Shown here: positions 48,835-58,544 of the stretch, piece after piece | Layout: each line of letters opens with the position of its first letter | Numbering within the stretch: the stretch's first letter is position 1 | NCBI GenBank assembly: GCA_964441505.1 | Contig: CAYTUV010000002.1 | Location: forward strand, 9,546-73,545 | Direction: 5' to 3' | Origin: an uncultured Melioribacter sp. | GTDB lineage: Bacteria; Bacteroidota; Ignavibacteria; Ignavibacteriales; Melioribacteraceae | Length of the DNA stretch: 64,000 nt | Notes under the pieces: model-generated | What the model saw: the letters and a program-made list of their open reading frames with translations, nothing else | What the model was told of the DNA's origin: nothing | Database searches by the model: none | Translations under genes and position numbers: made by a program

Positions 48835-49171
48835 AAGAAACGATAAGCTTTTACTTCTCGATATACTCGATTCAATCCACAAAATTCTTCTTTATACAAA
48901 AGGTTTAGACTTTCGAACATTTGCTAAAGATCAAAAAACAATTGATGCAGTTGTTAGAAATATTGAGATCATAGGTGAAGCTTCTAAACATGTTTCAAAG
49001 AAGCTAAAAGATAAATCGGCTGTTCCGTGGATAAGAATTGTCGGTTTGAGAAATAGGATTGTTCATGAATACTTCGGAGTTGATTTAAGAATTGTCTGGA
49101 AAATTATCACTGAGCAACTAATTGATTTTGAAGAGACCATAAAAGAATTAATTACAATAACAGAAAAATAA
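48821..49171 (+). CDS. hepT: HepT (DUF86) HEPN-domain toxin
   Basis: 'GLRNRIVHEYFGVD' (Rx4HxY). Overlaps mntA by 14 nt. Confidence 0.8.
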   Translation: MSMSKRNDKLLLLDILDSIHKILLYTKGLDFRTFAKDQKTIDAVVRNIEIIGEASKHVSKKLKDKSAVPWIRIVGLRNRIVHEYFGVDLRIVWKIITEQLIDFEETIKELITITEK

Positions 49172-50070
49172 TGTTATCATCAACTACAACTACAATCACA
49201 AAATTCGATGCTTGGATACTTGCAAGCCGTCCGCGAACATTAGCTGCTGCAATTGTTCCGGTTGTTGTTGGCACTGCAATATCAATTCACGATGAAAAAT
49301 TCAAACCAATCGCAGCAGTGTTTGCACTTATCTGTGCATTGCTTATTCAGGTGGGTACAAATTTTGTAAACGATCTTTTCGATTTTCTTCACGGTTCAGA
49401 TAAAAAAGATCGCATCGGACCGCAGCGTGCAACTGTCTCCGGCATTCTTTCAATCTCCGAAATGAAACTTGGAATTTATTTTTCTTTTGGACTGGGTTTT
49501 ATATTTGGACTTTATCTTATCTATCTAGGCGGCTGGTTCATTCTTATAATCGGAGTATTATCAATTCTTGCTGGCATCGCTTATACGGCGGGTCCTTTTC
49601 CGCTTGCATATAACGGGCTTGGCGACATTGCAGTATTTCTTTTTTTTGGCTTTATCGGAACTGTAGGAACGTATTATGTTCAAGCGAATCAGATAACCGC
49701 ATTCGCATTTTGGTCTTCTGTACCCGTCGGCGCGTTAATAACAAATATATTAGTTGTGAATAATTACCGCGATCGCGAAGAAGACCGCTCAAACGGGAAG
49801 AACACTCTGATTGTTATTTTCGGAGAAAGCTTTGGTCGAATTCAATATGTTTTCTTTATGTTAATTTCATACTCGATTCTTTTTATTGTTTACTTTACAT
49901 TCAAGAAAGAATTAGTCGTCTTCTTTCCTCTTTTGAGTCTACCGCTTGCAATAAAACTAATTAGGATGATTTACACTTTACGAGGAAGTGAATTAAACAA
50001 AACATTGGAACTAACTGCTAAGCTTTCGGCTCTTTACGGTTTGCTATTTGCAGCCGGTATTCTGTTATGA
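49171..50070 (+). CDS. menA: 1,4-dihydroxy-2-naphthoate polyprenyltransferase
   Basis: UbiA fold, 'NFVNDLFDFLHGSD', second Asp-rich 'NNYRDREEDRSNGKNTL', 8-9 TM helices. Confidence 0.85.
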   Translation: MLSSTTTTITKFDAWILASRPRTLAAAIVPVVVGTAISIHDEKFKPIAAVFALICALLIQVGTNFVNDLFDFLHGSDKKDRIGPQRATVSGILSISEMKLGIYFSFGLGFIFGLYLIYLGGWFILIIGVLSILAGIAYTAGPFPLAYNGLGDIAVFLFFGFIGTVGTYYVQANQITAFAFWSSVPVGALITNILVVNNYRDREEDRSNGKNTLIVIFGESFGRIQYVFFMLISYSILFIVYFTFKKELVVFFPLLSLPLAIKLIRMIYTLRGSELNKTLELTAKLSALYGLLFAAGILL

Positions 50071-51134
50071 CAATCAGCAATTTCAAATACACACCGTTTT
50101 CTCTCAAACTCAATATCCCATTTCAATCATCCTCTCAAACAATCACTGAACGAAACGGATTTATTATCATGGTAACGGATGAGCTGGGCAATAGATCATT
50201 TGGCGAGTGTTCTCCTCTTCCTGGATTTAGTTCAGAAACTATTGAAGATGCCGAAAGAATATTAAAGGGTTTGCAGCATCAGATAATCGGTTTCAGTATT
50301 GAAGAAAATATTACAGCAATTTCTGAATTACTCTCAGAATTTACACTCGTTCCTTCTCTTCAATTTGCTCTTGAACAAGCAATGATAAGTTTGCTTTGTA
50401 AACGAAACAGTAATTTTCTCAGCAATAACCTCAAAAACACAAAATCGGAAATTGATGTTAATGCCGTGATCGGTTTTGGCGATGAGGAGAATATTCTGAA
50501 TCGAATTAGAAACAAATTCAAAAATGGATACAGAACATTCAAGATAAAAGTCGGAAGAGATGATTTTGAGTTGGATTATAATCTTATTAAAAATATACAA
50601 ACAGAATTTGGCAGTACCATTAATATCAGACTGGATGCAAACCGTAAATGGAATTGCGAAATCGTGGAAGAGTATTTAGAAAGACTTTCTCAATACAATG
50701 TTGAATATATAGAAGAACCTTGCAACAGTTTAGGAAGCAATTTACAACTGGCGCAATCTTCGATTGTACCAATTGCTCTGGATGAATCAATTTCATCGTT
50801 CGATGACGCTGTCAAAGTGCTTAATGAAAGTATTATTAATTTTCTCATTCTGAAGCCGATGATCTGCGGAGGAATTATATCAAGCTTACGAATAATCCGT
50901 GATGCTGAGCGAATGGAAAAGAATGTGATAATCTCTTCATCATTTGAAAGTGCATTGGGTAAAAGCGCTCTGGTATTGCTTGCCGCATCGACAAATCATT
51001 CATTTGCTCACGGACTTGACACCTCGGAAAATTTTTATAAGAATATCTGCACTGATTCTTATGAAGTGTCAAACGGAAAAATAGTCTTTGACTGTAAAAA
51101 TTATCCACCACAATTTGATTTTGTGCTTCCATGA
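50067..51134 (+). CDS. menC: o-succinylbenzoate synthase (enolase superfamily)
   Basis: 'FKIKVG', 'IRLDANRKW', 'YIEEP', 'IALDES', 'LKP'. Operon context. Confidence 0.75.
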   Translation: MTISNFKYTPFSLKLNIPFQSSSQTITERNGFIIMVTDELGNRSFGECSPLPGFSSETIEDAERILKGLQHQIIGFSIEENITAISELLSEFTLVPSLQFALEQAMISLLCKRNSNFLSNNLKNTKSEIDVNAVIGFGDEENILNRIRNKFKNGYRTFKIKVGRDDFELDYNLIKNIQTEFGSTINIRLDANRKWNCEIVEEYLERLSQYNVEYIEEPCNSLGSNLQLAQSSIVPIALDESISSFDDAVKVLNESIINFLILKPMICGGIISSLRIIRDAERMEKNVIISSSFESALGKSALVLLAASTNHSFAHGLDTSENFYKNICTDSYEVSNGKIVFDCKNYPPQFDFVLP

Positions 51135-52636
51135 TAATCCTAGACAACACCATTCATTGGCTGGAGGAACAAAAAAAATTACTCCCTTCTAAGGCAGCGA
51201 TAATTACAGAAGATAGTTCTCTGTCATACTCAGAGATCTGGAATGAATGTCTTTGTGCATGCAATTACTTCGATCAAGCTGGAATTCAACAGAAAGATCA
51301 TGTCGGCATATTATTCGGACACAATTACAAATTTTTCATAATTGTAAACGCGCTATGGATGATTGGTGCAGTTCCCGTTCCTCTCAATACACGTAATACA
51401 AAACATGAGGTCGAGTGTCAACTTCATCAGGCGGATATAAAGCATTTAATAATTGACGAGAATATTTCCGGATTTTATTCAGTGCTTAACTTTCACAATA
51501 AAATTCAAATTTCTAAAACCTCTTCGTTCGGAGCTTTTAAGAAGAGAATTGAAATTCTCAATTCTCCAACCTGCCTGCCGGCAGGCAGGTTCTCAATTCT
51601 TAATTCCTCTTTAATCATGTTCACTTCCGGCAGCAGCGGGAGCGCAAAAGCAGTTGTACACAATTTCAAAAGTCTGTTTGAAAGCGTAAACAATATGGAT
51701 TCTTTTGCTAATCTTGGCAGCAGTGATGTTTGGCTTGCATCTTTACCGTTTTACCATATTGGCGGTTTTATGATTCTGGTCCGCGCACTTATTTCCGGCG
51801 GAACAATAGCAATTCCGAATTCACTTAAGCATGAGGATATCACAAAAGCACTTACGATTTTTAATCCGACACACATTTCAATAGTTTCTACGATGCTCGG
51901 CCGTTTCCTTAATAATGAATTTGTACCGTCAGCAAATCTGAAATTTGTTTTTCTTGGAGGTGGGCCTGCTTCATCTGCAATTTGTTTACAAGCGATTGAT
52001 AAGGGCTGGCCAATCGCAAAAGTTTACGGCTCAACTGAAACATGCTCGATGGTTGCTGTTCTTCATCCAACTGAAGTAAAACAACAGCCTGATTCAGCCG
52101 GTAAAATATTTGGCTCTAATAAAATTATGGTCAGGCATACAAGCAGTGATGAATCAGATAAATCATGTTCCGTCGGTGAGATTGGCGAAATTGTCGTCTC
52201 ATCGCAATCATTATTCAAAGAGTATTATGATGATCAACTAACCACCGAGAGAGTATACAGAAACGGATGGCACCGTACTGGCGACTTTGGCTGGCTTGAT
52301 GAAGAAGGATTTCTTTTTATTTCATCGAGAAGAGAAGATTTAATTATTAGCGGGGGCGAAAATGTAAGTGCCCTTGAGGTTGAGAATCTGATTAAAACTC
52401 TTGACCGGATTGAAGATGCTTTTGTGTTTGCCATTAGAGATGAAACTTGGGGTCAAACAGTTTGTGCCGCCATTGTATCAAATGAAGTTTCGGAATCAGG
52501 GATTATAAATTTCTTAAGAGAAAAAATTGCAGGCTTCAAAATTCCAAAACAATTCTTCTTTTTGGATCTTATTCCTAGAAATGAGATGGGAAAAGTGAAT
52601 CGGGTAGAACTCTTAAAGAGGCTTAATTTAGATTAG
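51131..52636 (+). CDS. menE: o-succinylbenzoate--CoA ligase
   Basis: AMP-binding 'IMFTSGSSGSAKAV', 'YGSTET', 'WHRTGDFG', 'ISGGENV', 'GKVNR'. Confidence 0.8.
   Translation: MIILDNTIHWLEEQKKLLPSKAAIITEDSSLSYSEIWNECLCACNYFDQAGIQQKDHVGILFGHNYKFFIIVNALWMIGAVPVPLNTRNTKHEVECQLHQADIKHLIIDENISGFYSVLNFHNKIQISKTSSFGAFKKRIEILNSPTCLPAGRFSILNSSLIMFTSGSSGSAKAVVHNFKSLFESVNNMDSFANLGSSDVWLASLPFYHIGGFMILVRALISGGTIAIPNSLKHEDITKALTIFNPTHISIVSTMLGRFLNNEFVPSANLKFVFLGGGPASSAICLQAIDKGWPIAKVYGSTETCSMVAVLHPTEVKQQPDSAGKIFGSNKIMVRHTSSDESDKSCSVGEIGEIVVSSQSLFKEYYDDQLTTERVYRNGWHRTGDFGWLDEEGFLFISSRREDLIISGGENVSALEVENLIKTLDRIEDAFVFAIRDETWGQTVCAAIVSNEVSESGIINFLREKIAGFKIPKQFFFLDLIPRNEMGKVNRVELLKRLNLD
51570..51589. repeat. Perfect 20-bp GC-rich palindrome inside menE
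   Basis: CCTGCCTGCCGGCAGGCAGG, flanked by the direct 11-mers TTCTCAATTCT (51555-51565 and 51590-51600). Confidence 0.8.
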
Positions 52637-53036
52637 TCTTCATCTTATCGAAAAACTCTGTCGGTAATTCTATTTTTCTGAACTCTTCTTTTAGGACACA
52701 AACATGAACGGTTTTGGCAATGGCGGTAAATTGACCGTCTGATTTGTAAAATTTATAACTCAATTCAAATGAAGAACTCTTCAATAAACTAACTACAACA
52801 TCAACACGAAGTTCGTCTCCGACTTTTATTGGCCTCACATAATCCGCTTCGGCATGAATAATTGGAAGTATAAAATCCTTATCAAAAAAATAATCTCTCT
52901 CGGTATGCAAACTTCGCAGAAAATCTTCATAGGCAGCATGAACAAATTTGAATAAGCTGGCGTAGAATATTATGCCTGCTGGATCCGCATCATAGAAATA
53001 GACTTTAACTTTGGTAGTAAACATGTTAATCCTCAT
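52623..53036 (-). CDS. Hotdog-fold (4HBT/YbgC-like) acyl-CoA thioesterase, likely DHNA-CoA thioesterase
   Basis: 'VKVYFYDADPAGIIFYASLFKFVHAAYEDFL'. Convergent with menE and overlaps it by 14 nt. Confidence 0.6.
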   Translation of the reverse strand: MRINMFTTKVKVYFYDADPAGIIFYASLFKFVHAAYEDFLRSLHTERDYFFDKDFILPIIHAEADYVRPIKVGDELRVDVVVSLLKSSSFELSYKFYKSDGQFTAIAKTVHVCVLKEEFRKIELPTEFFDKMKTNLN

Positions 53037-53122
53037 TTTCTCATTTGTAATTTAAACAACTCTTCTTCATTTCACATTAACTTTTTTGTGTTTAATTTCG
53101 CCTTGAACAAAAAAGAAAACTT

Positions 53123-54403
53123 TTGAGATCTCGAAATATTTATCTCCTGTTTATGGCTCTGCTCACCATTTTCGCAAATTGCGCATCTGCACAACAATCT
53201 GAAATTAAAAGAGAGTTCTATCCCAATGGTAAATTGAAATCCGAAGGATCGTATCTTTATGGGGTGCGCAACGGTATTTACAAAGAGTTTTATGAAAGCG
53301 GCAACCTTTGGAAGGAATGGAATTTCGAAAACGGAAAAGAAGAGAATATTTCTATCTGGTATTTTGAAGACGGCACCAAGAGCATGGAGTGGAATTACCG
53401 CAAGGGCAAGCTCGAAGGTAAATCAAAATGGTATTACGAAAGCGGAGAGCTTTGGGCTGAGCCAAACTATGTCCATGATATTCAAGAAGGACCAGGTCAA
53501 ACGTATTACAAAAGCGGGAAGCTGCAGGCCATATGGAATTATGTTGGCGGTAAGCTTAATGGTATATCCAAAATATTTTTTGAAAATGGCAAAGTTGAAG
53601 TAGAACGGAATTATGTTAATGATAAACTCGAAGGGATAAGTAAAGTTTATTCCGAATACGGTACTCTTTCTCTGGAGGCAAAGTACAAGAACGATCTGCT
53701 CGATGGAACCTCATACTTTTACTACCCGGATGGTAAAATAAAAGTGGTTGATACTTATGAGAAAGGACAAATAATAAAACGGGAGCGTTTCGATTATGAC
53801 AGCAAGGTCAGTAAAGTCGAAGAAAATTTTGATGAATATTGGGAAGAAGGCACATTAAAGAGACAGGTGCACTTTCGTGAAGGAAAATTAGACGGACTTA
53901 ATAAAGAATATTACGCGAGTGGTTTTCTCAAATCGGAATGGAATTATAATAAAGGAATTATAGAGGGAGAGTGCAAATTTTATCATGACGGCGGAACGAT
54001 TGCTGAAATTGCCAATTTTGCTGGTGGAATTAAAAATGGAATATCGATAAAATTCAACAAAGACGGGATTAAAATTGCGGAAGAAAATTATTTAAATAAT
54101 TTACGTGAGCTATCCGCAAAAACTTTTTACCCGAGTGGAGAAATTGAATCAGTACAAATTTATCAAAACGATTTGCTTAATGGTACAGTAAAAATTTATT
54201 CAAGAGGCGGGTCGCTTGCCGATGAGGAAGAATATAAGGACGGCATTAAAAACGGAATAGTAAAAAGATATTATCAGAATGGAATGCTTTCCGATCTGCT
54301 CACTTATAAAAACAATCTTCTTGATGGAAAATGCTACTCGTATGATGAATCCGGTAAAGTTGTTCGTGTTGTTGAATATAAAGACGGTGAGTTACTCAAA
54401 TAA
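53123..54403 (+). CDS. Secreted MORN-variant (YwqK-type) repeat protein, TTG start
   Basis: Signal peptide 'LLFMALLTIFANCASAQ'. About 16 repeats of 'G.....Y.NGKL..E.NY..GK.EG'. Confidence 0.7.
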   Translation: MRSRNIYLLFMALLTIFANCASAQQSEIKREFYPNGKLKSEGSYLYGVRNGIYKEFYESGNLWKEWNFENGKEENISIWYFEDGTKSMEWNYRKGKLEGKSKWYYESGELWAEPNYVHDIQEGPGQTYYKSGKLQAIWNYVGGKLNGISKIFFENGKVEVERNYVNDKLEGISKVYSEYGTLSLEAKYKNDLLDGTSYFYYPDGKIKVVDTYEKGQIIKRERFDYDSKVSKVEENFDEYWEEGTLKRQVHFREGKLDGLNKEYYASGFLKSEWNYNKGIIEGECKFYHDGGTIAEIANFAGGIKNGISIKFNKDGIKIAEENYLNNLRELSAKTFYPSGEIESVQIYQNDLLNGTVKIYSRGGSLADEEEYKDGIKNGIVKRYYQNGMLSDLLTYKNNLLDGKCYSYDESGKVVRVVEYKDGELLK

Positions 54404-54472
54404 AATTACACTTCGTTTGTTGATCAAAAGAGAATTAGAACAAGATTAAGCACCGCAAAAAAATCGGCTAAA

Positions 54473-55531
54473 TCAAATTATTTTCCTGATAACAAATAAA
54501 TCCAGAAAATTGCTTCCAAATACCATCGAGGGAGTGTAGGTGCCCGGTTTAACAGAATTCTTCAGGACTCTAACAGCACACTCTGCCGCTCCTTTGGCAG
54601 TTAAAGTGTACCCTTCCATAACCTGGTAAACCTCATCGATCTTCTCCGCCTCAGCATATTCAACTCTTCCCCATATATAAGTTTCAGCTGAATTCCGCTC
54701 TTCTTTTGAAGGTCCGGTAAAATTCCTTTTGATATAATTTCCAACAATATTTTTAATCGCAGGAATCTTAATCAGATTCAGAAACAGCACAAGTAAAGGG
54801 GTTATAGCAACAACTATTTTGGGCATCGCAAGATAGACTTCTACATTTTCTATCCCGGTCGAATGATATGAGGAATAAACATCTCCCCAAGGAATAGATA
54901 TTCCGCTGAATGAAAAATTATTTTTTTCAAATGCGATTGTAAATTCACCAATTTTGGAATCGATCAACTTTCCGTGACGGCGAATTTTTCCCGTTCCACC
55001 AAGAAATTCTAAGGTAGTCAGCCAAGTTCCTCTTGATATTTTTCCCCTTTTGTTAAAGAGGCCAAGTTTAAGATGAGTAGCATCAGGCATCTGTTCGCTC
55101 AACCTTTTGGCAAGACAATCCGTTGGAATAATATCAAACCCGACGCTTGGCAAGATTACAATCCCTCGTTCTTTCGCAGCATTGTTAAGAGAAAAAGCGA
55201 GATGCATCACAGGCATCTCTCCGGTTATATCCAGGTAATTAGTTTTTGTACGAAGACACGCCTCCATCAATTCTTTTGCAGTATTTTTGAATGGGCCTGC
55301 ACAATTCAAAAGTGTGTGCACATTCTGGAGAGCTTCATCAACCTGCTCATCGGCCGAGATGTTAAATGCAACATATTCACAATTATATTTCCGAGCTAGT
55401 TGCTTTAAGACAGATTCATTTCTTCCGGCTAGGATTGGTTTGATATCGCGTGAGATGAGTTCTTCGATGATAAGTTGTGCAGAATAACCGTTGGCTCCAA
55501 AGATCATTAATCTGTCTTTAATCATATTCAT
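54473..55531 (-). CDS. Saccharopine-dehydrogenase-like NAD(P)-binding oxidoreductase
   Basis: Rossmann 'LMIFGANGYSAQLIIEEL', 'LNCAGPF', 'YLDITGE'. Confidence 0.65.
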   Translation of the reverse strand: MNMIKDRLMIFGANGYSAQLIIEELISRDIKPILAGRNESVLKQLARKYNCEYVAFNISADEQVDEALQNVHTLLNCAGPFKNTAKELMEACLRTKTNYLDITGEMPVMHLAFSLNNAAKERGIVILPSVGFDIIPTDCLAKRLSEQMPDATHLKLGLFNKRGKISRGTWLTTLEFLGGTGKIRRHGKLIDSKIGEFTIAFEKNNFSFSGISIPWGDVYSSYHSTGIENVEVYLAMPKIVVAITPLLVLFLNLIKIPAIKNIVGNYIKRNFTGPSKEERNSAETYIWGRVEYAEAEKIDEVYQVMEGYTLTAKGAAECAVRVLKNSVKPGTYTPSMVFGSNFLDLFVIRKII

Positions 55532-55782
55532 GCACCCTTAACTTTGTTTGGCCCATGTGATAATATATAATGTTGGTCAATCTTTCAATTCCAATATGAC
55601 TCAAATATTCATTTACTTAGGAAAATAATTAAATTTATGAGGTAATTTGAATAATTCAGGCTCAGGGACTAATAATTCACTTTTTATTAACAATTTTTTA
55701 ACATTCAGATAAGAGTTTGATACTTATTAATTTCTATTTTTCTGAGAGTATTTTTTGAATTTACAAAAATTGCTGGGACCTA

Positions 55783-56793
55783 ATGAGTAAAAAGAAAATT
55801 CTCTTTATATGCGGTTCGTTAAATCAAACTTCGATGATGCACCAGATCTCACAGCATCTGGAGAATTACGAGTGTTATTTTACTCCATATTACGGTGACG
55901 GATACATCAAATTTCTTGTCAGCATGGGCTATCTAAAATTCTCCATATTGAATGGTCCTTTCAGATTGAATACCGAGAAATACTTACAGCAGCATAATCT
56001 TAATATAGATTACCGTGGCGAAAGCAATAATTACGATTTGGTTTACACATGCGCCGATTTAATCATGCCAAGGAATATCCGGAAGAAAAATGTTATACTT
56101 GTGCAGGAAGGAATGACCGATCCGGAAAATTTAATGTTCTATCTGGTGAAGTATCTTAAACTTTCACGCTGGCTCGCAAGTACTTCAGCAATGGGAATAT
56201 CCGATAAATATACTCTCTTCTGTGTGGCTTCAAATGGATACAAAGATTTTTTCATTCGTAAAGGAGCCAAAGCTGAAAAAATTATTGTTACAGGAATTCC
56301 AAATTTCGACAGCCTGCAGCAGTTTTCGGAAAGCAATTTCCCCCACAAAAATTTTGTTCTGGTTGCAACTTCGGATGCACGCGAGACTTACAAAATCGAA
56401 AACAGAAAAAGATTAATTCAAGATTGTGTTAGAATTGCAAACGGACGACAGCTTATCTTCAAACTGCATCCTAACGAAAATATTGAACGTGCAACACGAG
56501 AAATTAAGAAATTCGCTCCCGGTGCATTGGTTTATACTAGCGGAAATATTAATTACATGATTGCAAACTGTGAAGCGCTCATCACTCAGTTTTCTTCTAC
56601 TGTTTATGTTGGACTAGCCTTTGGCAAAGAAGTTCACTCCGCTTTTGATATTGAAGGATTAAAACGGTTGATGCCAATTCAGAACAACGGAACTTCTGCC
56701 GAACGAATTGCAAGAATTGGTAATCACTTAGTTGAAGTACCTGAAGCAACTTTAGAAGAAATTCACCGGAAGTTTGATCTAAAAATAGAGTAA
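55783..56793 (+). CDS. Putative GT-B-like glycosyl/ulosonate transferase (unassigned family)
   Basis: Rossmann-like N-terminus 'KKILFICGSLNQTS' and 'LIFKLHPNEN' (K.HP motif seen in capsule/teichoic transferases). First gene of the glycan cluster. Confidence 0.3.
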   Translation: MSKKKILFICGSLNQTSMMHQISQHLENYECYFTPYYGDGYIKFLVSMGYLKFSILNGPFRLNTEKYLQQHNLNIDYRGESNNYDLVYTCADLIMPRNIRKKNVILVQEGMTDPENLMFYLVKYLKLSRWLASTSAMGISDKYTLFCVASNGYKDFFIRKGAKAEKIIVTGIPNFDSLQQFSESNFPHKNFVLVATSDARETYKIENRKRLIQDCVRIANGRQLIFKLHPNENIERATREIKKFAPGALVYTSGNINYMIANCEALITQFSSTVYVGLAFGKEVHSAFDIEGLKRLMPIQNNGTSAERIARIGNHLVEVPEATLEEIHRKFDLKIE

Positions 56794-56795
56794 GG

Positions 56796-56879
56796 AATGG
56801 AACGCTGATCATTATGATCGCTTATGATTAGTTAAGATCATAAACCATCATAACTATCATAAAAAATCTGCGTTCCATT
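56796..56879. repeat. Imperfect palindromic intergenic element, family A copy 3
   Basis: AATGGAACGCTGAT ... ATCTGCGTTCCATT (13/14 inverted). The interior is built from ATGATC/ATCAT words. Confidence 0.6.
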
Positions 56880-56889
56880 ACAATTAAAA

Positions 56890-57690
56890 ATGAAAATCTT
56901 AACAGTCATACAAGCGCGAATGTCCTCAACACGATTACCGGGAAAGGTAATGCTGCCTATTTTGGGCAAGCCGCTGTTAATTCGTATGATCGAAAGAGTA
57001 CAATCAGCAAAATTGATTGGTCAATTGATCGTGGCAACATCAACCAATACCGAAGATGATGAAATTGAAAAGCTATGCAGCGAGAATGGAATTACATGCT
57101 TCAGGGGTCATCTTACCGATTTACTCGACCGTCATTATCAGGTCGGAAAATTATTTGGTGCGGAAGCGGTAGTAAAAATTCCGTCAGATTGCCCTCTCAT
57201 CGATCCTCATGTAATTGACAAAGTGCTCGAGCATTATATTAATTCGGATGAATTTGATTATGTAAGTAACCTTCACCCGGCATCCTATCCAGACGGAAAC
57301 GATGTTGAAATATTTTCCTTCGAGGCAATTGAATGTGCGTGGAAAGATGCGACAAGAGATTTCGAACGTGAGCATACAACACCTTTCATCTGGGAGAACA
57401 AAGAATTCTTTGCAATTGGAAACGTTACATGGGAAACGGGGTATGATTTCTCAACCAGTCATCGCTGGACAATTGATTTCCCGGAAGATTACGAGTTTAT
57501 CAGGAAGGTCTATGAAGAACTTTATCAGACGAATCCATCTTTTAGTCTTAAGGATATATTAAATTTGTTAAAACAAAAACCCCATATAGCCCAAATCAAT
57601 CAACAGTATCTTGGTAAGTATTGGTATGAAGAACACCTGGATGAGTTAAAGAACATTAACGAATACAAAAATAAATTCCCGGAAAAATGA
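56890..57690 (+). CDS. SpsF-like cytidylyltransferase (acylneuraminate cytidylyltransferase family)
   Basis: 'ILTVIQARMSSTRLPGKVMLPILGKPLL', 'VATS...D'. Confidence 0.75.
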   Translation: MKILTVIQARMSSTRLPGKVMLPILGKPLLIRMIERVQSAKLIGQLIVATSTNTEDDEIEKLCSENGITCFRGHLTDLLDRHYQVGKLFGAEAVVKIPSDCPLIDPHVIDKVLEHYINSDEFDYVSNLHPASYPDGNDVEIFSFEAIECAWKDATRDFEREHTTPFIWENKEFFAIGNVTWETGYDFSTSHRWTIDFPEDYEFIRKVYEELYQTNPSFSLKDILNLLKQKPHIAQINQQYLGKYWYEEHLDELKNINEYKNKFPEK

Positions 57691-58544
57691 AAAAGCAAGA
57701 ATTAATTGACCTCAGACAAATGGCCATGCGTGTACGTGAACATATTATCCGGCTCAGCGGAAACGGCGGATGCTTCATTGGCGCCTCACTTTCATGTACG
57801 GATGTGATAGTATATCTTTATAAGAAATTCTTAAATGTTGGTCCACATAATTTCAAGAACCCGGCAAGAGATTATTTCTTCCTTTCGAAAGGACACGATG
57901 TTCCGGCACTTTATGGAACATATGTTGAAATGGGCTGGCTCGAAGAAGAGCGGCTTAAAAACCATCTAAAGACCAATGACACAATTTATTGGCATCCCAA
58001 CAGAAATATTCCGGGTATAGAGTTTCATTCAGGATCGCTCGGTCACAATTTGTCTGTTGCAATGGGCGTGGCTATGGATTGTAAGCTTCGTAAACAAAAA
58101 AATAAAATTGTTGTTGTGGTTGGCGATGGTGAATTGAATGAAGGATCAATGTGGGAAGCACTTCTCGTTGCATCAGCTTACAAACTTGATAATCTTTTAA
58201 TCGTTGTTGATCGCAATCAATTTCAGGCAAATATGCCCACAGAAGATCTCATCCCGCTGAAACCACTGCCTAAAAAATTTAATGCATTTGGATGCAAGGT
58301 AAAAAAAGTAAACGGACACGATTTTGAAAAAATGCACGAGGCCTTTAAACAATTTCCATTCGAGAAAGGAAAAGTATCGGTGGTGATTGCTGAAACAGTT
58401 CGGGGCAAGGGTTTGCCAAGTATAGAAAAAAGAGCGGATCGATGGTTTGTAAACTTCAAACAAGAGGAAGTTGACCAGCTTCTTAAAGAATTACATGGTT
58501 CAAAGAAAACCAAATTGACTTCAGAAACAATTGTGGCGAGATGA
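57687..58544 (+). CDS. Transketolase, N-terminal (ThDP/PP) subunit
   Basis: 'LSKGHDVPALY', 'GSLGHNLSVAMG', 'VVVGDGELNEGSMWEA'. Confidence 0.85.
   Translation: MKKQELIDLRQMAMRVREHIIRLSGNGGCFIGASLSCTDVIVYLYKKFLNVGPHNFKNPARDYFFLSKGHDVPALYGTYVEMGWLEEERLKNHLKTNDTIYWHPNRNIPGIEFHSGSLGHNLSVAMGVAMDCKLRKQKNKIVVVVGDGELNEGSMWEALLVASAYKLDNLLIVVDRNQFQANMPTEDLIPLKPLPKKFNAFGCKVKKVNGHDFEKMHEAFKQFPFEKGKVSVVIAETVRGKGLPSIEKRADRWFVNFKQEEVDQLLKELHGSKKTKLTSETIVAR

Noticed and set aside
53123-54403. MORN-variant protein as a 'YwqK antitoxin' of a fifth TA system
   Set aside because: It has a signal peptide, ~16 repeats and no adjacent toxin gene. The YwqK-type family name does not imply TA function here.
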